Shown piece by piece: positions 9,573 to 17,993 of a stretch of 64,000 nt of DNA. Under the pieces are notes generated by a model. That model saw nothing but the letters and a program-made list of their open reading frames with translations. It was not told the DNA's origin and ran no database searches. The position numbers and the translations under genes are program-made. The stretch spans positions 14,945 to 78,944 of the forward strand of contig DMPO01000001.1 in the NCBI GenBank assembly GCA_003455995.1, given 5' to 3'. The stretch comes from Candidatus Azambacteria bacterium. Its GTDB lineage: Bacteria; Patescibacteriota; Minisyncoccia; UBA10092. The stretch's first letter is position 1, and every line of letters begins with the position of its first letter.

Positions 9573-9663
9573 AATCCCTCCTTTTATTGTTAAAAAACCG
9601 TTTATGCGCTCAGAAGAATTCTGAGCCTGCGTCCAGGGTTGTTTATTTCACATAATTCCAAAC

Positions 9664-9736
9664 TGCGCCCAGCAGGATTCGAACCTGCGACCGTCTCCTT
9701 AAAAGGGAGCTGCTCTACCGACTGAGCTATGGGCGC
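9664..9736 (-). tRNA. tRNA-Lys (anticodon UUU)
   Basis: Reverse complement GCGCCCATAGCTCAGTCGGTAGAGCAGCTCCCTTTTAAGGAGACGGTCGCAGGTTCGAATCCTGCTGGGCGCA; anticodon loop CTTTTAA. Confidence 0.8.
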
Positions 9737-9829
9737 AGTTTGAAATTATATTTTTATATGAACAACCCGTTAAAAGTAATAACATTACTTTTAACCCATC
9801 TCCAAAAAGGGAGCCATTTCACTACTAAT

Positions 9830-10186
9830 CTATGGGCGCGAATAACTTAATATAATATAAACCCAAAAACCGGCGCATAACAAACTCAAAAATATAATCT
9901 GCCATGTTTTTTTGTTCAATTCTTTTCTTGAAAAACCGGATTTTACCAAAATCCAAAAGATAAACAATGTAAATACAAAAAAAGAAAACGATTTCAAAAA
10001 CACCCCTTGCGAGAAATTAAGACGGGATAAAAATCGCGCTTGATACGGAATATATTCATTTATCAAAGTAGCCGGATATGACGCCAACAATAACACGATT
10101 ATCCTGTTTCGTCCAACGATAAGCCCATACAAAAAGACCGCGGTAAAGAGAAATAAAAGCAATAAAATTTCGTTATTTAAGCTCAT
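9830..10186 (-). CDS. Hypothetical membrane protein
   Basis: Three or four predicted TM helices; overlaps the downstream dnaJ-like gene by 14 nt. Confidence 0.4.
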   Translation of the reverse strand: MSLNNEILLLLFLFTAVFLYGLIVGRNRIIVLLLASYPATLINEYIPYQARFLSRLNFSQGVFLKSFSFFVFTLFIFWILVKSGFSRKELNKKTWQIIFLSLLCAGFWVYIILSYSRP

Positions 10187-10787
10187 CGCGCAATTTTTCC
10201 AACAATTCCCGCGCTTTGCCGGATAAATTCTTGGGCATTTTTATATTCACCACAAAAATTATATCACTATTCTTGCCGTGATGCACCAAGGCCTCGCCGT
10301 TTTGGACCCCGGCGGGGATCTTTAATTTTATTCGTTCCCCTCTTACCAATACCTCAATATCGCCGCCGAGCGCCGCGGTTGCAAAATCCAAATTCAAAGT
10401 TGTTTGGACGGTTGATCTGGCTCGGCTGAAACCGCCGAAAAAATCATTAAACCCGCTGCGTCCGCGACTGCCTCTAGCGGAGAACCCGAATAATTCTTCC
10501 AGAATATCGGAAAATCCGCCGATATCTTCGAAACCGCCAAAATTTTCCCAACCCGGCGGCGCTCCGCCGGGAGCGCCGGAAAATGTTTGCCCGAATCGAT
10601 CGTATTGCTGTCTTTTATCTTTATGACCCAAAACCTGATACGCTTCGTTTATTTCTTTGAATTTTTTGTCTTCCCCGCCGCTTTTGTCGGGGTGATGCTG
10701 ATGCGCCAATTTTCTATAGGCCCGCTTGATTTCATCATCGGACGCGCCTTTGTTTACGCTTAAAATTTCGTAATAATCTTTCGGCAT
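10173..10787 (-). CDS. J-domain protein (short DnaJ-like co-chaperone lacking the Zn-finger domain)
   Basis: N-terminal J domain (DYYEILSV ... HPDK) followed by a G/F-rich region; no CxxCxGxG repeats. Confidence 0.8.
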   Translation of the reverse strand: MPKDYYEILSVNKGASDDEIKRAYRKLAHQHHPDKSGGEDKKFKEINEAYQVLGHKDKRQQYDRFGQTFSGAPGGAPPGWENFGGFEDIGGFSDILEELFGFSARGSRGRSGFNDFFGGFSRARSTVQTTLNLDFATAALGGDIEVLVRGERIKLKIPAGVQNGEALVHHGKNSDIIFVVNIKMPKNLSGKARELLEKLRDELK

Positions 10788-10791
10788 TTAA

Positions 10792-12687
10792 TTATTTTTT
10801 CTCTTCTTCAGGTTTTGTATTTTGGTTTTGGTCATTGGGATTTGTTTCGGATTTAGGATTTTGGTCATTAGAGTTTTCCGCCGCTGGTGGATTATACATT
10901 GCCTCGCCGATTTTTTGAATTTCTGTTGATAATTCCTGCGACGCTTTTTTAATTGCTTCTATATCATTATTATCTTTTGTTTTTTTCAGTAATTCTATTT
11001 TTTCTTCAATCAATTTTTTGTTTTCCGGTTTTATTTTATCGCCCGCATCTTTAATCGCTTTCTCCGACATATAAATAAGCGACTCGGCGGAATTTTTGAT
11101 TTCAATCTCCTCTTTTTTCTTGGAATCCTCTTGCGCGTGAATTTCCGCTTCTTTTTTCATTTTTTCCACTTCCTCCTTTGACAGGCCGGTCGAGGCGGTA
11201 ATGGTTATTGCTTGCTTTTTGCCGGAGGCCTTATCAACAGCCGAAACATTCAAAATGCCGTTGGCGTCAATGTCAAAGGTGACTTCAATCTGGGGCACGC
11301 CCCGCGGCGCCGGCGGAATGCCGTCCAAAATGAATTTGCCGAGCGTTTTGTTGTTGGCGGACATCGGCCGCTCTCCCTGAAGAACATGAATTTCCACCTG
11401 TGGCTGGTTGTCGGCCGCCGTTGAAAAGACCTGCGTTTTGGCGGTCGGAATCGTTGTGTTTTTGGCAATCATCGGCGTGGCGACATTGCCCATTGTTTCA
11501 ATGCCCAAAGTAAGCGGGGTAACATCCAAAAGCAAAATATCCTTCACATCCCCCTGAAGCACGCCCGCCTGAATCGCGGCGCCGAGCGCCACCACCTCGT
11601 CGGGGTTAATGCCCTTGTGCGGCTCTTTTCCGAATAAATTCTTTACCGCGTCGGCAACCGCCGGCATTCTGGTCTGACCGCCGACCAAAACAATCTCGTC
11701 AATATCCGAAAGGGCAAAATTTGCTTCTTTTACGGCCTGCTTGGTGAGTTCAATAGAAGTGGCAATAAAATCATGGACCAATTCTTCCAGTTTCGCTCGC
11801 GTCAGTTTAATAATAAAATGCTTCGGCCCGGAAGCGTCGGAAGTGATGAATGGCAGATTAATTTCCGTTTCCATAACCGTTGAAAGTTCGTGCTTGGCTT
11901 TTTCCGCCGCTTCCTTAAGCCGCGACAGGGCCATCGAATCCTTTGATAAATCAATCCCCTGTTCTTTTTTATGCGCGTCAACCAGATAATTGGTGATTCT
12001 TTGGTCTAAATCGTCGCCGCCCAGATGGGTGTCGCCGCCGGTCGCCTTTACTTCTATGGTGTCGTCGCCGATTTCCAGAACCGAAACATCGAAAGTGCCG
12101 CCGCCGAAATCGTAAACCACAATTTGTTCCGATTTTTTCTTGTCCAGCCCATACGCCAAGGCCGCGGCCGTCGGTTCGTTGATGATTCTCAAGACCTTCA
12201 ACCCGGCGATTTCTCCGGCGTTCTTGGTCGCCTGTCGTTGAGAATCGTCAAAATAGGCCGGCACGGTAATGATGGCCTCGGTGATTTTCTCGCCCAATTT
12301 TTCTTCCGCGTCCTGTTTCAATTTTTGCAGAACCATTGCCGAAATTTCTTCCGGCCGATACCACTTGCCGGATATATTTATTTCCACGCCGCCCGAACTT
12401 GATTGCTGAATTTTATAGGGCAGCCATTTTTGGTCGCGCGCAATTTCCGGGTCGTTCCATCTGCGGCCGATAAGCCGCTTCATCGAGAAAATGGTGTTTT
12501 CCGGATTGACCACCGCCTGCCGTTTCGCTAAAAGCCCGACTAACCGTTCGCCGTTTTTGGCCGTCGCCGCCATCGAAGGCGTCGTTCTGTTGCCTTCCTT
12601 ATTTTCAATTATCTTCGGTTCACCGCCCTCAACAATCGCCATCGCCGAGTTTGTCGTTCCTAAATCTATACCAAGTATCTTGCTCAT
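10792..12687 (-). CDS. dnaK: Chaperone DnaK (Hsp70)
   Basis: Hsp70 signatures [16 protein letters not shown] and [11 protein letters not shown]; 631 aa. Confidence 0.97.
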   Translation of the reverse strand: MSKILGIDLGTTNSAMAIVEGGEPKIIENKEGNRTTPSMAATAKNGERLVGLLAKRQAVVNPENTIFSMKRLIGRRWNDPEIARDQKWLPYKIQQSSSGGVEINISGKWYRPEEISAMVLQKLKQDAEEKLGEKITEAIITVPAYFDDSQRQATKNAGEIAGLKVLRIINEPTAAALAYGLDKKKSEQIVVYDFGGGTFDVSVLEIGDDTIEVKATGGDTHLGGDDLDQRITNYLVDAHKKEQGIDLSKDSMALSRLKEAAEKAKHELSTVMETEINLPFITSDASGPKHFIIKLTRAKLEELVHDFIATSIELTKQAVKEANFALSDIDEIVLVGGQTRMPAVADAVKNLFGKEPHKGINPDEVVALGAAIQAGVLQGDVKDILLLDVTPLTLGIETMGNVATPMIAKNTTIPTAKTQVFSTAADNQPQVEIHVLQGERPMSANNKTLGKFILDGIPPAPRGVPQIEVTFDIDANGILNVSAVDKASGKKQAITITASTGLSKEEVEKMKKEAEIHAQEDSKKKEEIEIKNSAESLIYMSEKAIKDAGDKIKPENKKLIEEKIELLKKTKDNNDIEAIKKASQELSTEIQKIGEAMYNPPAAENSNDQNPKSETNPNDQNQNTKPEEEKK

Positions 12688-12857
12688 AGTTTTTTATTAA
12701 TTATTTTAATTATTAATTGTTTAATTAAATTTCGACGCTTAATTTTCAATTTCTAATTTTCAATTTTCAATCAATGCTTCAATTTTCTAATGTTTTAATT
12801 TTGAAAATTAATTCATTGGAAATTCACTGGAAATTGAGAATTGAAAATTGGTAATTT

Positions 12858-13328
12858 TTATTTGTATACTTTCACCTTCGCCGGCCTCAAAACCTCGCCT
12901 TTCATTAAATATCCTTTTTGTTTTTCTTCCGCCACTACGCCCGATTCATCTCCATCAACCGATTCCATCGCCTCATGTTTCAACGGATCAAACTTCTCTC
13001 CAGCTACTTTCATTGCTTCTACCCCATTCGCTTTTAAATAGTCTTCCAGCTGTTTTTTGATGCTCTCGATGCCCGCGTCCAAAGTTCCCGCCCTGTCAAA
13101 ATTATCCATAATTTCCAAAAGGGGCAAAATAAACATTTTCGACATCCACTCTTTTATTTCTCTTCCCTGTTGCTCCATATCCTTCTTCAAGTTGAGGTAA
13201 TCGGCCTTGGCGCGCTTCCATCCGTTCAGATACTCCTCGGATTGTTTTTTGCATTGTTCCAGCTCGCTTAATTTAGTTGTTTCACCCTGCGGGTGACCAC
13301 CCGAAGGGTGGTTATTTTCTTCGTTCAT
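12858..13328 (-). CDS. grpE: Nucleotide exchange factor GrpE
   Basis: Coiled-coil N-terminus plus GrpE-like C-terminal fold; positioned between hrcA and dnaK as in dnaK operons. Confidence 0.8.
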   Translation of the reverse strand: MNEENNHPSGGHPQGETTKLSELEQCKKQSEEYLNGWKRAKADYLNLKKDMEQQGREIKEWMSKMFILPLLEIMDNFDRAGTLDAGIESIKKQLEDYLKANGVEAMKVAGEKFDPLKHEAMESVDGDESGVVAEEKQKGYLMKGEVLRPAKVKVYK

Positions 13329-13731
13329 AATTGTTAAATATTTTATCTATTAAAAATTTTCTTAAAAACTCTTCGGACATTTCAGGAAAAATTTTTGAAG
13401 CGCATTCTCTGACCTGCAATGACGCGCTGATTAAATTGGAAACGGAATTTTCAAATTTTAACGCTTCCGCTTCTTTTATAGAAGATGGTTCCCAAACCTC
13501 TTCCATAAAATAATGCCAGCCGTCGGCCGTGGGCACCCGGCCTCCGGAAGTGTGCGGTTTGGTCAAAAATCCCAACTCCTCCAAAAAAGCCAAATCGTTT
13601 CTTATTGTGGCCGAACTGACATCCAAATCATAATTTTCGGCTAAAAATTCGGAACCGATCGGCTTCGCCGTCTTGATAAATTCCCCCACAACGATCACAA
13701 ATATTTCTTTGGGCCTGCCTTCTAAGTTCAT
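13312..13731 (-). CDS. hrcA: HrcA-like heat-shock repressor, N-terminal winged-helix domain only (139 aa)
   Basis: SSATIRNDLAFLEELGFLTKPHTSGGRVPT matches the HrcA DNA-binding N-terminus; full-length HrcA is about 340 aa, so the C-terminal domain is absent here. Confidence 0.65.
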   Translation of the reverse strand: MNLEGRPKEIFVIVVGEFIKTAKPIGSEFLAENYDLDVSSATIRNDLAFLEELGFLTKPHTSGGRVPTADGWHYFMEEVWEPSSIKEAEALKFENSVSNLISASLQVRECASKIFPEMSEEFLRKFLIDKIFNNYERRK

Positions 13732-13736
13732 GATAT

Positions 13737-13789
13737 TTAGAACTCTATCAGAGTTGGCAATGTTTCGTCAAGAGTGCCAACATTGCCAA
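13737..13789. promoter_or_regulatory. CIRCE-like operator remnants overlapping the hrcA promoter
   Basis: TTAGAACTC (8/9 match to the CIRCE left half) at 13737-13745 and GAGTGCCAA (8/9 to the right half) at 13772-13780 are separated by 26 nt instead of 9. The inverted repeat TTGGCAATGTT-N14-AACATTGCCAA (13754-13789) overlaps a TTGACG -35 on the minus strand. Confidence 0.4.
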
Positions 13790-13867
13790 TTTGTTGCCGA
13801 GGAGGAGGATATGTTAAAATAATTTGTATTATTAATGAATTTCATAAATATCTAACAAAAAAATAAA

Positions 13868-14761
13868 ATGAAAACTATAACCGAAAATGGATTAACTTGG
13901 ACCGATATTGAAAAGCCGACTAAAAAAGACCTTGATTGGCTGAAAAACAGTTTTAATATTCATACCATTGTTTTGGACGAGTTAATCCCCGCATCCCAAA
14001 GGGAGAAGGTTGAATATTTTGACAACTATATGTTTTTGGCGATGCATGTGCCGGTTTTCCATCAGACGAAAAAAACTACCAAGCCGATTGAACTGGATTT
14101 TTTGATCGCCGAAAATCATTTGATAACAATTCATAACGAACCGATTGAACCGCTCAAGGATTTCCTCAAAAAATGCGAAAACAAGCCCGAATTGAAATCC
14201 AAGTATTTCAATTCCACAACCGGACATTTGTTTTACTTTATCAGCGAAGAACTGCTTAATTTCGCTGAAAGGCAATTAGTACATATCGGTAAAAATATCA
14301 ACCAAGTCGAAGACGATATGTTCAAGGGCGCGGAACGGGAACTCATCAGAGACATCTCGGTCATCAAGAGAGATGTTTTGGATTTCCGAGTCGCCATCAG
14401 ACCGCTTTGCAGGATATTTCATTCCTTGGCGAATCGGGGAATAAATTTTTGGCCGGAAAAAAGCGAAGATTTGAAAATTTATTTCAACGACCTCATCGAC
14501 GATTACGAAAGAGTGTGGAATGAAATAGCCAACTACACCGACACCATCAACGCTCTGGAAGACACGCACACTAATCTGTTGAGCCACAAAACCAGTACCA
14601 TTATCAGAACCTTCACCATCCTATCTTTCATCACTTTTCCGGCGATGCTGGTCGTCGCCGTTACCCAAATGAATCCGGCCGATTTTTGGATTGTGGCCAT
14701 AACCATTCTCTTTACAACGACATTTATGTGGGTGTATTTTAAGACCAAAAAATGGCTTTGA
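13868..14761 (+). CDS. corA: CorA-family magnesium/cobalt transporter
   Basis: Cytoplasmic domain followed by two C-terminal TM helices, with a GMN-like motif (TQMNP) at the first TM end. Confidence 0.65.
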   Translation: MKTITENGLTWTDIEKPTKKDLDWLKNSFNIHTIVLDELIPASQREKVEYFDNYMFLAMHVPVFHQTKKTTKPIELDFLIAENHLITIHNEPIEPLKDFLKKCENKPELKSKYFNSTTGHLFYFISEELLNFAERQLVHIGKNINQVEDDMFKGAERELIRDISVIKRDVLDFRVAIRPLCRIFHSLANRGINFWPEKSEDLKIYFNDLIDDYERVWNEIANYTDTINALEDTHTNLLSHKTSTIIRTFTILSFITFPAMLVVAVTQMNPADFWIVAITILFTTTFMWVYFKTKKWL

Positions 14762-16149
14762 AATTCTACAATTTTCTTACCCGTAAAAAAGAAAACTTTA
14801 AGTCCTTGCGCCCCAAGCAAGTTGGTTTTTACGCTTGCGGGCCGACGGTTTACGACTACGCGCACATCGGCAATCTGCGGACTTATATTTTTGAAGACAT
14901 TCTGAAACGAACACTGGAATATAACGGCTATAAAGTTAATCACATAGTAAACATCACCGATGTGGAAGATAAGATTATCCGCGAGTCGCAAAAAACCGGT
15001 AAATCCATCGCCGATTTCGTCAAGCCCTATGAAAAAGCGTTTTTTGAGGACTTGAAAAAATTGAACATAGAAAAAGCGCAAAAATATCCGAAAGCGACGC
15101 GGCATATTAAAGAAATGATAAAAATTATCGAGGCGCTTCTCAAAAAAGGATTGGCTTATGAATCCGACGGTTCAATTTATTTTGATATTTCCAAATTCTC
15201 CGCCAAAGGCGGATCCGCCTCTGTCGGAAAGTACGGAAAATTGAGCGGTCTGAAGAGCCGGGAGCTAAAGGCGGGCGCGCGAGTTGATGTCGATGAATAC
15301 GACAAGGCAAGCGCCGAGGATTTTGTTTTGTGGAAAGCCCCAAAGGAGAGCAATCTCCCTACTTGGAGCGCGTCTTTCGGCGCCGGCCGCCCCGGTTGGC
15401 ACATAGAATGTTCGGCGATGTCCATGAAATATCTGGGCGAAACATTCGATATTCACGCCGGCGCCGTTGATTTGCTGTTCCCCCACCATGAAAATGAAAT
15501 CGCCCAGTCCGAAGGAGCGACCGGCAAACCGTTTGTAAAATATTTTATTGAAGGCGAACATTTGTCGGTTAACGGCGAGAAAATGTCCAAATCCTTGGGC
15601 AATATATTCAATCTCCACGATTTGGAAGCGAAAAAATTCGATCCCCTCGCCCTTCGTTATTTGGCGCTTACCGCCCACTATCGTTCAAAACTGAATTTCA
15701 CTTGGGAGTCGCTCCAATCCGCCCAAAACGCGCTATCTAATTTAAGAGACTTAATTGTTAATCTGAAAAACCAACCGCGTAGCGATGTATTAATACATGA
15801 TAACCAAAAAATCGTTAACCGATTTAAGAAAAAATTCTTGGGCCGCATCAACAACGATATGGAAATGCCGGCCGTCGTGGCGCTTTTATGGGAAGTGGTA
15901 AAATCCGAAAAATTAAGCCCCAAAACAAAATACGATTTGATAATTGATTTTGATAAAGTTTTTGGGTTGAATCTCGGCAAAATAGAAGTTAAAAAAATTC
16001 CGGTGAAAGTTTTGCAATTGGCAAAAGAACGCGAAAAATATCGTCAAGCAAAAAACTTTGCCAAATCCGATATCCTCCGCAAAAAAATAGAATCCCTCGG
16101 CTGGCTCATTGACGACTCCTCCTCCGGCCCGAAAATAAAAAAGAAATAA
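14752..16149 (+). CDS. cysS: Cysteine--tRNA ligase
   Basis: HIGN motif (HIGNLRTY), KMSKS motif and the zinc-binding Cys/His pattern. The GC-rich palindromic element sits in-frame at 15203-15234. Confidence 0.93.
   Translation: MALKFYNFLTRKKENFKSLRPKQVGFYACGPTVYDYAHIGNLRTYIFEDILKRTLEYNGYKVNHIVNITDVEDKIIRESQKTGKSIADFVKPYEKAFFEDLKKLNIEKAQKYPKATRHIKEMIKIIEALLKKGLAYESDGSIYFDISKFSAKGGSASVGKYGKLSGLKSRELKAGARVDVDEYDKASAEDFVLWKAPKESNLPTWSASFGAGRPGWHIECSAMSMKYLGETFDIHAGAVDLLFPHHENEIAQSEGATGKPFVKYFIEGEHLSVNGEKMSKSLGNIFNLHDLEAKKFDPLALRYLALTAHYRSKLNFTWESLQSAQNALSNLRDLIVNLKNQPRSDVLIHDNQKIVNRFKKKFLGRINNDMEMPAVVALLWEVVKSEKLSPKTKYDLIIDFDKVFGLNLGKIEVKKIPVKVLQLAKEREKYRQAKNFAKSDILRKKIESLGWLIDDSSSGPKIKKK
15203..15234. 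repeat. GC-rich palindromic element (copy 2 of 3), in-frame within cysS
   Basis: CTCCGCCAAAGGCGG-AT-CCGCCTCTGTCGGAAA encodes ...SAKGGSASVGK... in cysS; compare ...SARGGPASGGK... at copy 1 in the exonuclease tail. Confidence 0.55.
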
Positions 16150-16151
16150 AA

Positions 16152-16177
16152 AAATCAGCATGCGCTGATTTTTTTGT
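16152..16177 (+). terminator. Intrinsic terminator after cysS
   Basis: AAAAAATCAGCATGCGCTGATTTTTTTG: a 6-bp stem followed by a T7 tract. Confidence 0.6.
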
Positions 16178-16531
16178 CTAAAAACCATTTCTACCGAAAA
16201 TTAATTTAACTCCATTAAATAAACACATCAAATGCGAATGATTAATGCTCGAGCCGCAATAGTGTATGGGATTTTTAATTAAAGCACCTCTGATTCTGTC
16301 ATTAAAAATTACAACGTCATTTCGATTTCCAACCACATCGATGTCGTGAACTGTCCAACCTCTCTTGTTAAGGCCGCCAACTATTTCTATGTTCAAATCT
16401 TTAATATGCCATCCCAAATCTTTTTTATAAAGTTTCTCCCATTTTCTATTTAGTAAAAACATAAAAATTCTTTTTCCCAGCAAGTGAGATATCATTTCGC
16501 AAAAGATACATCTTCCTCTCTTTTGTGCCAT
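16178..16531 (-). CDS. Minimal nucleotidyltransferase-like protein (Pol beta superfamily), hypothetical
   Basis: GGLNKRGWTVHDIDVV fits the G[GS]-x(9-13)-DxD nucleotidyltransferase motif. A strong SD (AGGAGGTGTAAGG-ATG) precedes it. Confidence 0.35.
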   Translation of the reverse strand: MAQKRGRCIFCEMISHLLGKRIFMFLLNRKWEKLYKKDLGWHIKDLNIEIVGGLNKRGWTVHDIDVVGNRNDVVIFNDRIRGALIKNPIHYCGSSINHSHLMCLFNGVKLIFGRNGF

Positions 16532-16611
16532 CCTTACACCTCCTCTTAAGAACTACAGAAATAATAACGCAAATGCCTATTTAATGTCAAAATAATTTGA
16601 TTTTTGAATTT

Positions 16612-16641
16612 AACCTATTTCAACGATCGTTGAAATAGGTT
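16612..16641. repeat. Perfect 30-bp palindrome AACCTATTTCAACGATCGTTGAAATAGGTT (ACGATCG-centred family, copy 1)
   Basis: Lies immediately 3' of the 16653..17198 gene. Related palindromes occur at 17238-17267 and 40723-40758. Confidence 0.6.
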
Positions 16642-16652
16642 AATAGATGATT

Positions 16653-17198
16653 TTATAATAAATCAAATTTCGATTTGAGCCGGTCATCGTCCGCGATGGT
16701 TTTCGCTTCAATAAAATTTATATATGGCCCAATTTGAAAAATTTCTTCAATAAACTGAATTTCGTTTAAACAAGGGTATGGATGAACGAAAACGCTTTTG
16801 TGCAATTGGCAAAATCCCAATTCTTTCAATTTATCGCGCAATGCGTTGCGGGCCAATTTTTTCTTTTCCGGAATATCAAAAGTCACAATTCGCCAAATAC
16901 CGTCCCATCTCTTGGGTTTTTTAATTTCCAAGTTATCAAGCTCATATATTAGTAGTTTTTTCTTCCCTTTTTCGGTAATGGTAATTTTAGAAATGTTCCC
17001 ATCTTCCCTAAAATCAATCAACCTATCTCGTTTTAGAATTTTTAATGACTTTGTAAAACTATGTTTTTTGGTTTTAAACTTTTTAATCAACGGACTAAAC
17101 ATTATGGCCGAGCCAGGCAATATCATCGCGGTAGTTATAATAAAACCAGCGGCCAAAGCCAACAAAATTTGTTTTCCCACCTCGCCTTTTTTGTTCAT
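16653..17198 (-). CDS. Membrane-anchored wHTH protein with C-terminal Cas2/VapD-fold-like domain (PaaX-like?)
   Basis: N-terminal TM helix, then a winged-helix-like segment (LKILKRDRLIDF...ITEKGKKKL). The C-terminus WRIVTFDIPEKKKLARNALRDKLKELGFCQLHKSVFVHP matches the Cas2 pattern (beta1 h-V-x-[YF]-D-I; helix; Q/HxSVF). Confidence 0.35.
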   Translation of the reverse strand: MNKKGEVGKQILLALAAGFIITTAMILPGSAIMFSPLIKKFKTKKHSFTKSLKILKRDRLIDFREDGNISKITITEKGKKKLLIYELDNLEIKKPKRWDGIWRIVTFDIPEKKKLARNALRDKLKELGFCQLHKSVFVHPYPCLNEIQFIEEIFQIGPYINFIEAKTIADDDRLKSKFDLL

Positions 17199-17237
17199 AG
17201 TGATTTTTTATTACTTGTTATTCACACTGCTCCCATT

Positions 17238-17267
17238 ACACTATTCCAACGATCGTTCAAATAGTGT
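17238..17267. repeat. Near-palindrome ACACTATTCCAACGATCGTTCAAATAGTGT (ACGATCG-centred family, copy 2)
   Basis: Lies between the Nudix gene 3' end and the wHTH/Cas2-like gene 5' end. Confidence 0.5.
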
Positions 17268-17279
17268 AAATATTTATTT

Positions 17280-17753
17280 TTAATCTTGTTTAATTAAGTG
17301 GTCTTTAATTAAATCATTGACCATTTTAATTTCGTCGGAGATGCCTTCAATAAGATCATAGTTTTTCAGTTCTTCAAAAGTTGCCCAAGCGTAGTTTATG
17401 CTTTCGTTGTCTAGTTTTATTTCTCCATTTTGATATGGGGCGTAAAAACTTAAAACAATAACCGGAACACCATCCGGTCTGATAAAAGTGATGTCGCAAC
17501 AATAACTCATTTTTCCGACTTCGATACCGGCCTCTTCTTTGATTTCGCGCCTTAAAGAATTTTCCAAAGCGTAATACCAATGATCGGATGTCGTTTTGGG
17601 AGTATTGATGTAATCGTCGGTAGACAGTCCCCCGCCCGGCACCGTCCATTTTCCCGGAAATGCCTTCTTGTTAAAACTACGCTGAAGCAAGAGAAATTTA
17701 CCATCTTTATGAATGATGCAAGTTGATGTTATCCTATGAAGTTCTTTGTCCAT
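17280..17753 (-). CDS. NUDIX hydrolase
   Basis: Nudix box GGGLSTDDY...LRREIKEEAGIEV. Confidence 0.85.
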   Translation of the reverse strand: MDKELHRITSTCIIHKDGKFLLLQRSFNKKAFPGKWTVPGGGLSTDDYINTPKTTSDHWYYALENSLRREIKEEAGIEVGKMSYCCDITFIRPDGVPVIVLSFYAPYQNGEIKLDNESINYAWATFEELKNYDLIEGISDEIKMVNDLIKDHLIKQD

Positions 17754-17879
17754 TTTATTTATCCGTTGGATCTTTTTTCATATTGCTTTAATACTACATC
17801 GACTTGCCACTATATACAATTCACAGGTTTTCAACTTTTTTATTTGCGGGAATTTTATCAAGCAACTATACTACTTTCT

Positions 17880-17985
17880 GAGATAGGGAAATGAAATTTT
17901 AAAATTCTAGGTGGGGGCGAGCCATTCCGAGCGGGACAGCGAGGAATGGGGCTAAGGAATTTTACAAATTTTATTTCCCTATCTC
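17880..17985 (+). promoter_or_regulatory. Nested hairpin element immediately upstream of dnaB
   Basis: Outer 20-bp inverted repeat GAGATAGGGAAATGAAATTT / AAATTTTATTTCCCTATCTC (1 mismatch) encloses an inner GC stem GCCATTCC-N14-GGAATGGG. It ends 8 nt before the ATG at 17994. Confidence 0.4.
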
Positions 17986-17993
17986 AAATCACC

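Noticed and set aside
12688-12857. AT-rich repeat tract considered as a possible CRISPR array
   Set aside because: Units are short (8-10 nt), irregularly spaced and degenerate. There is no conserved 25-40 nt repeat with unique spacers, and no cas1 nearby.
17946-17993. ORF-track start of dnaB at 17946
   Set aside because: It falls inside the inner stem of the upstream hairpin. The ATG at 17994 gives a typical DnaB N-terminus, so the downstream start is preferred, though not certain.
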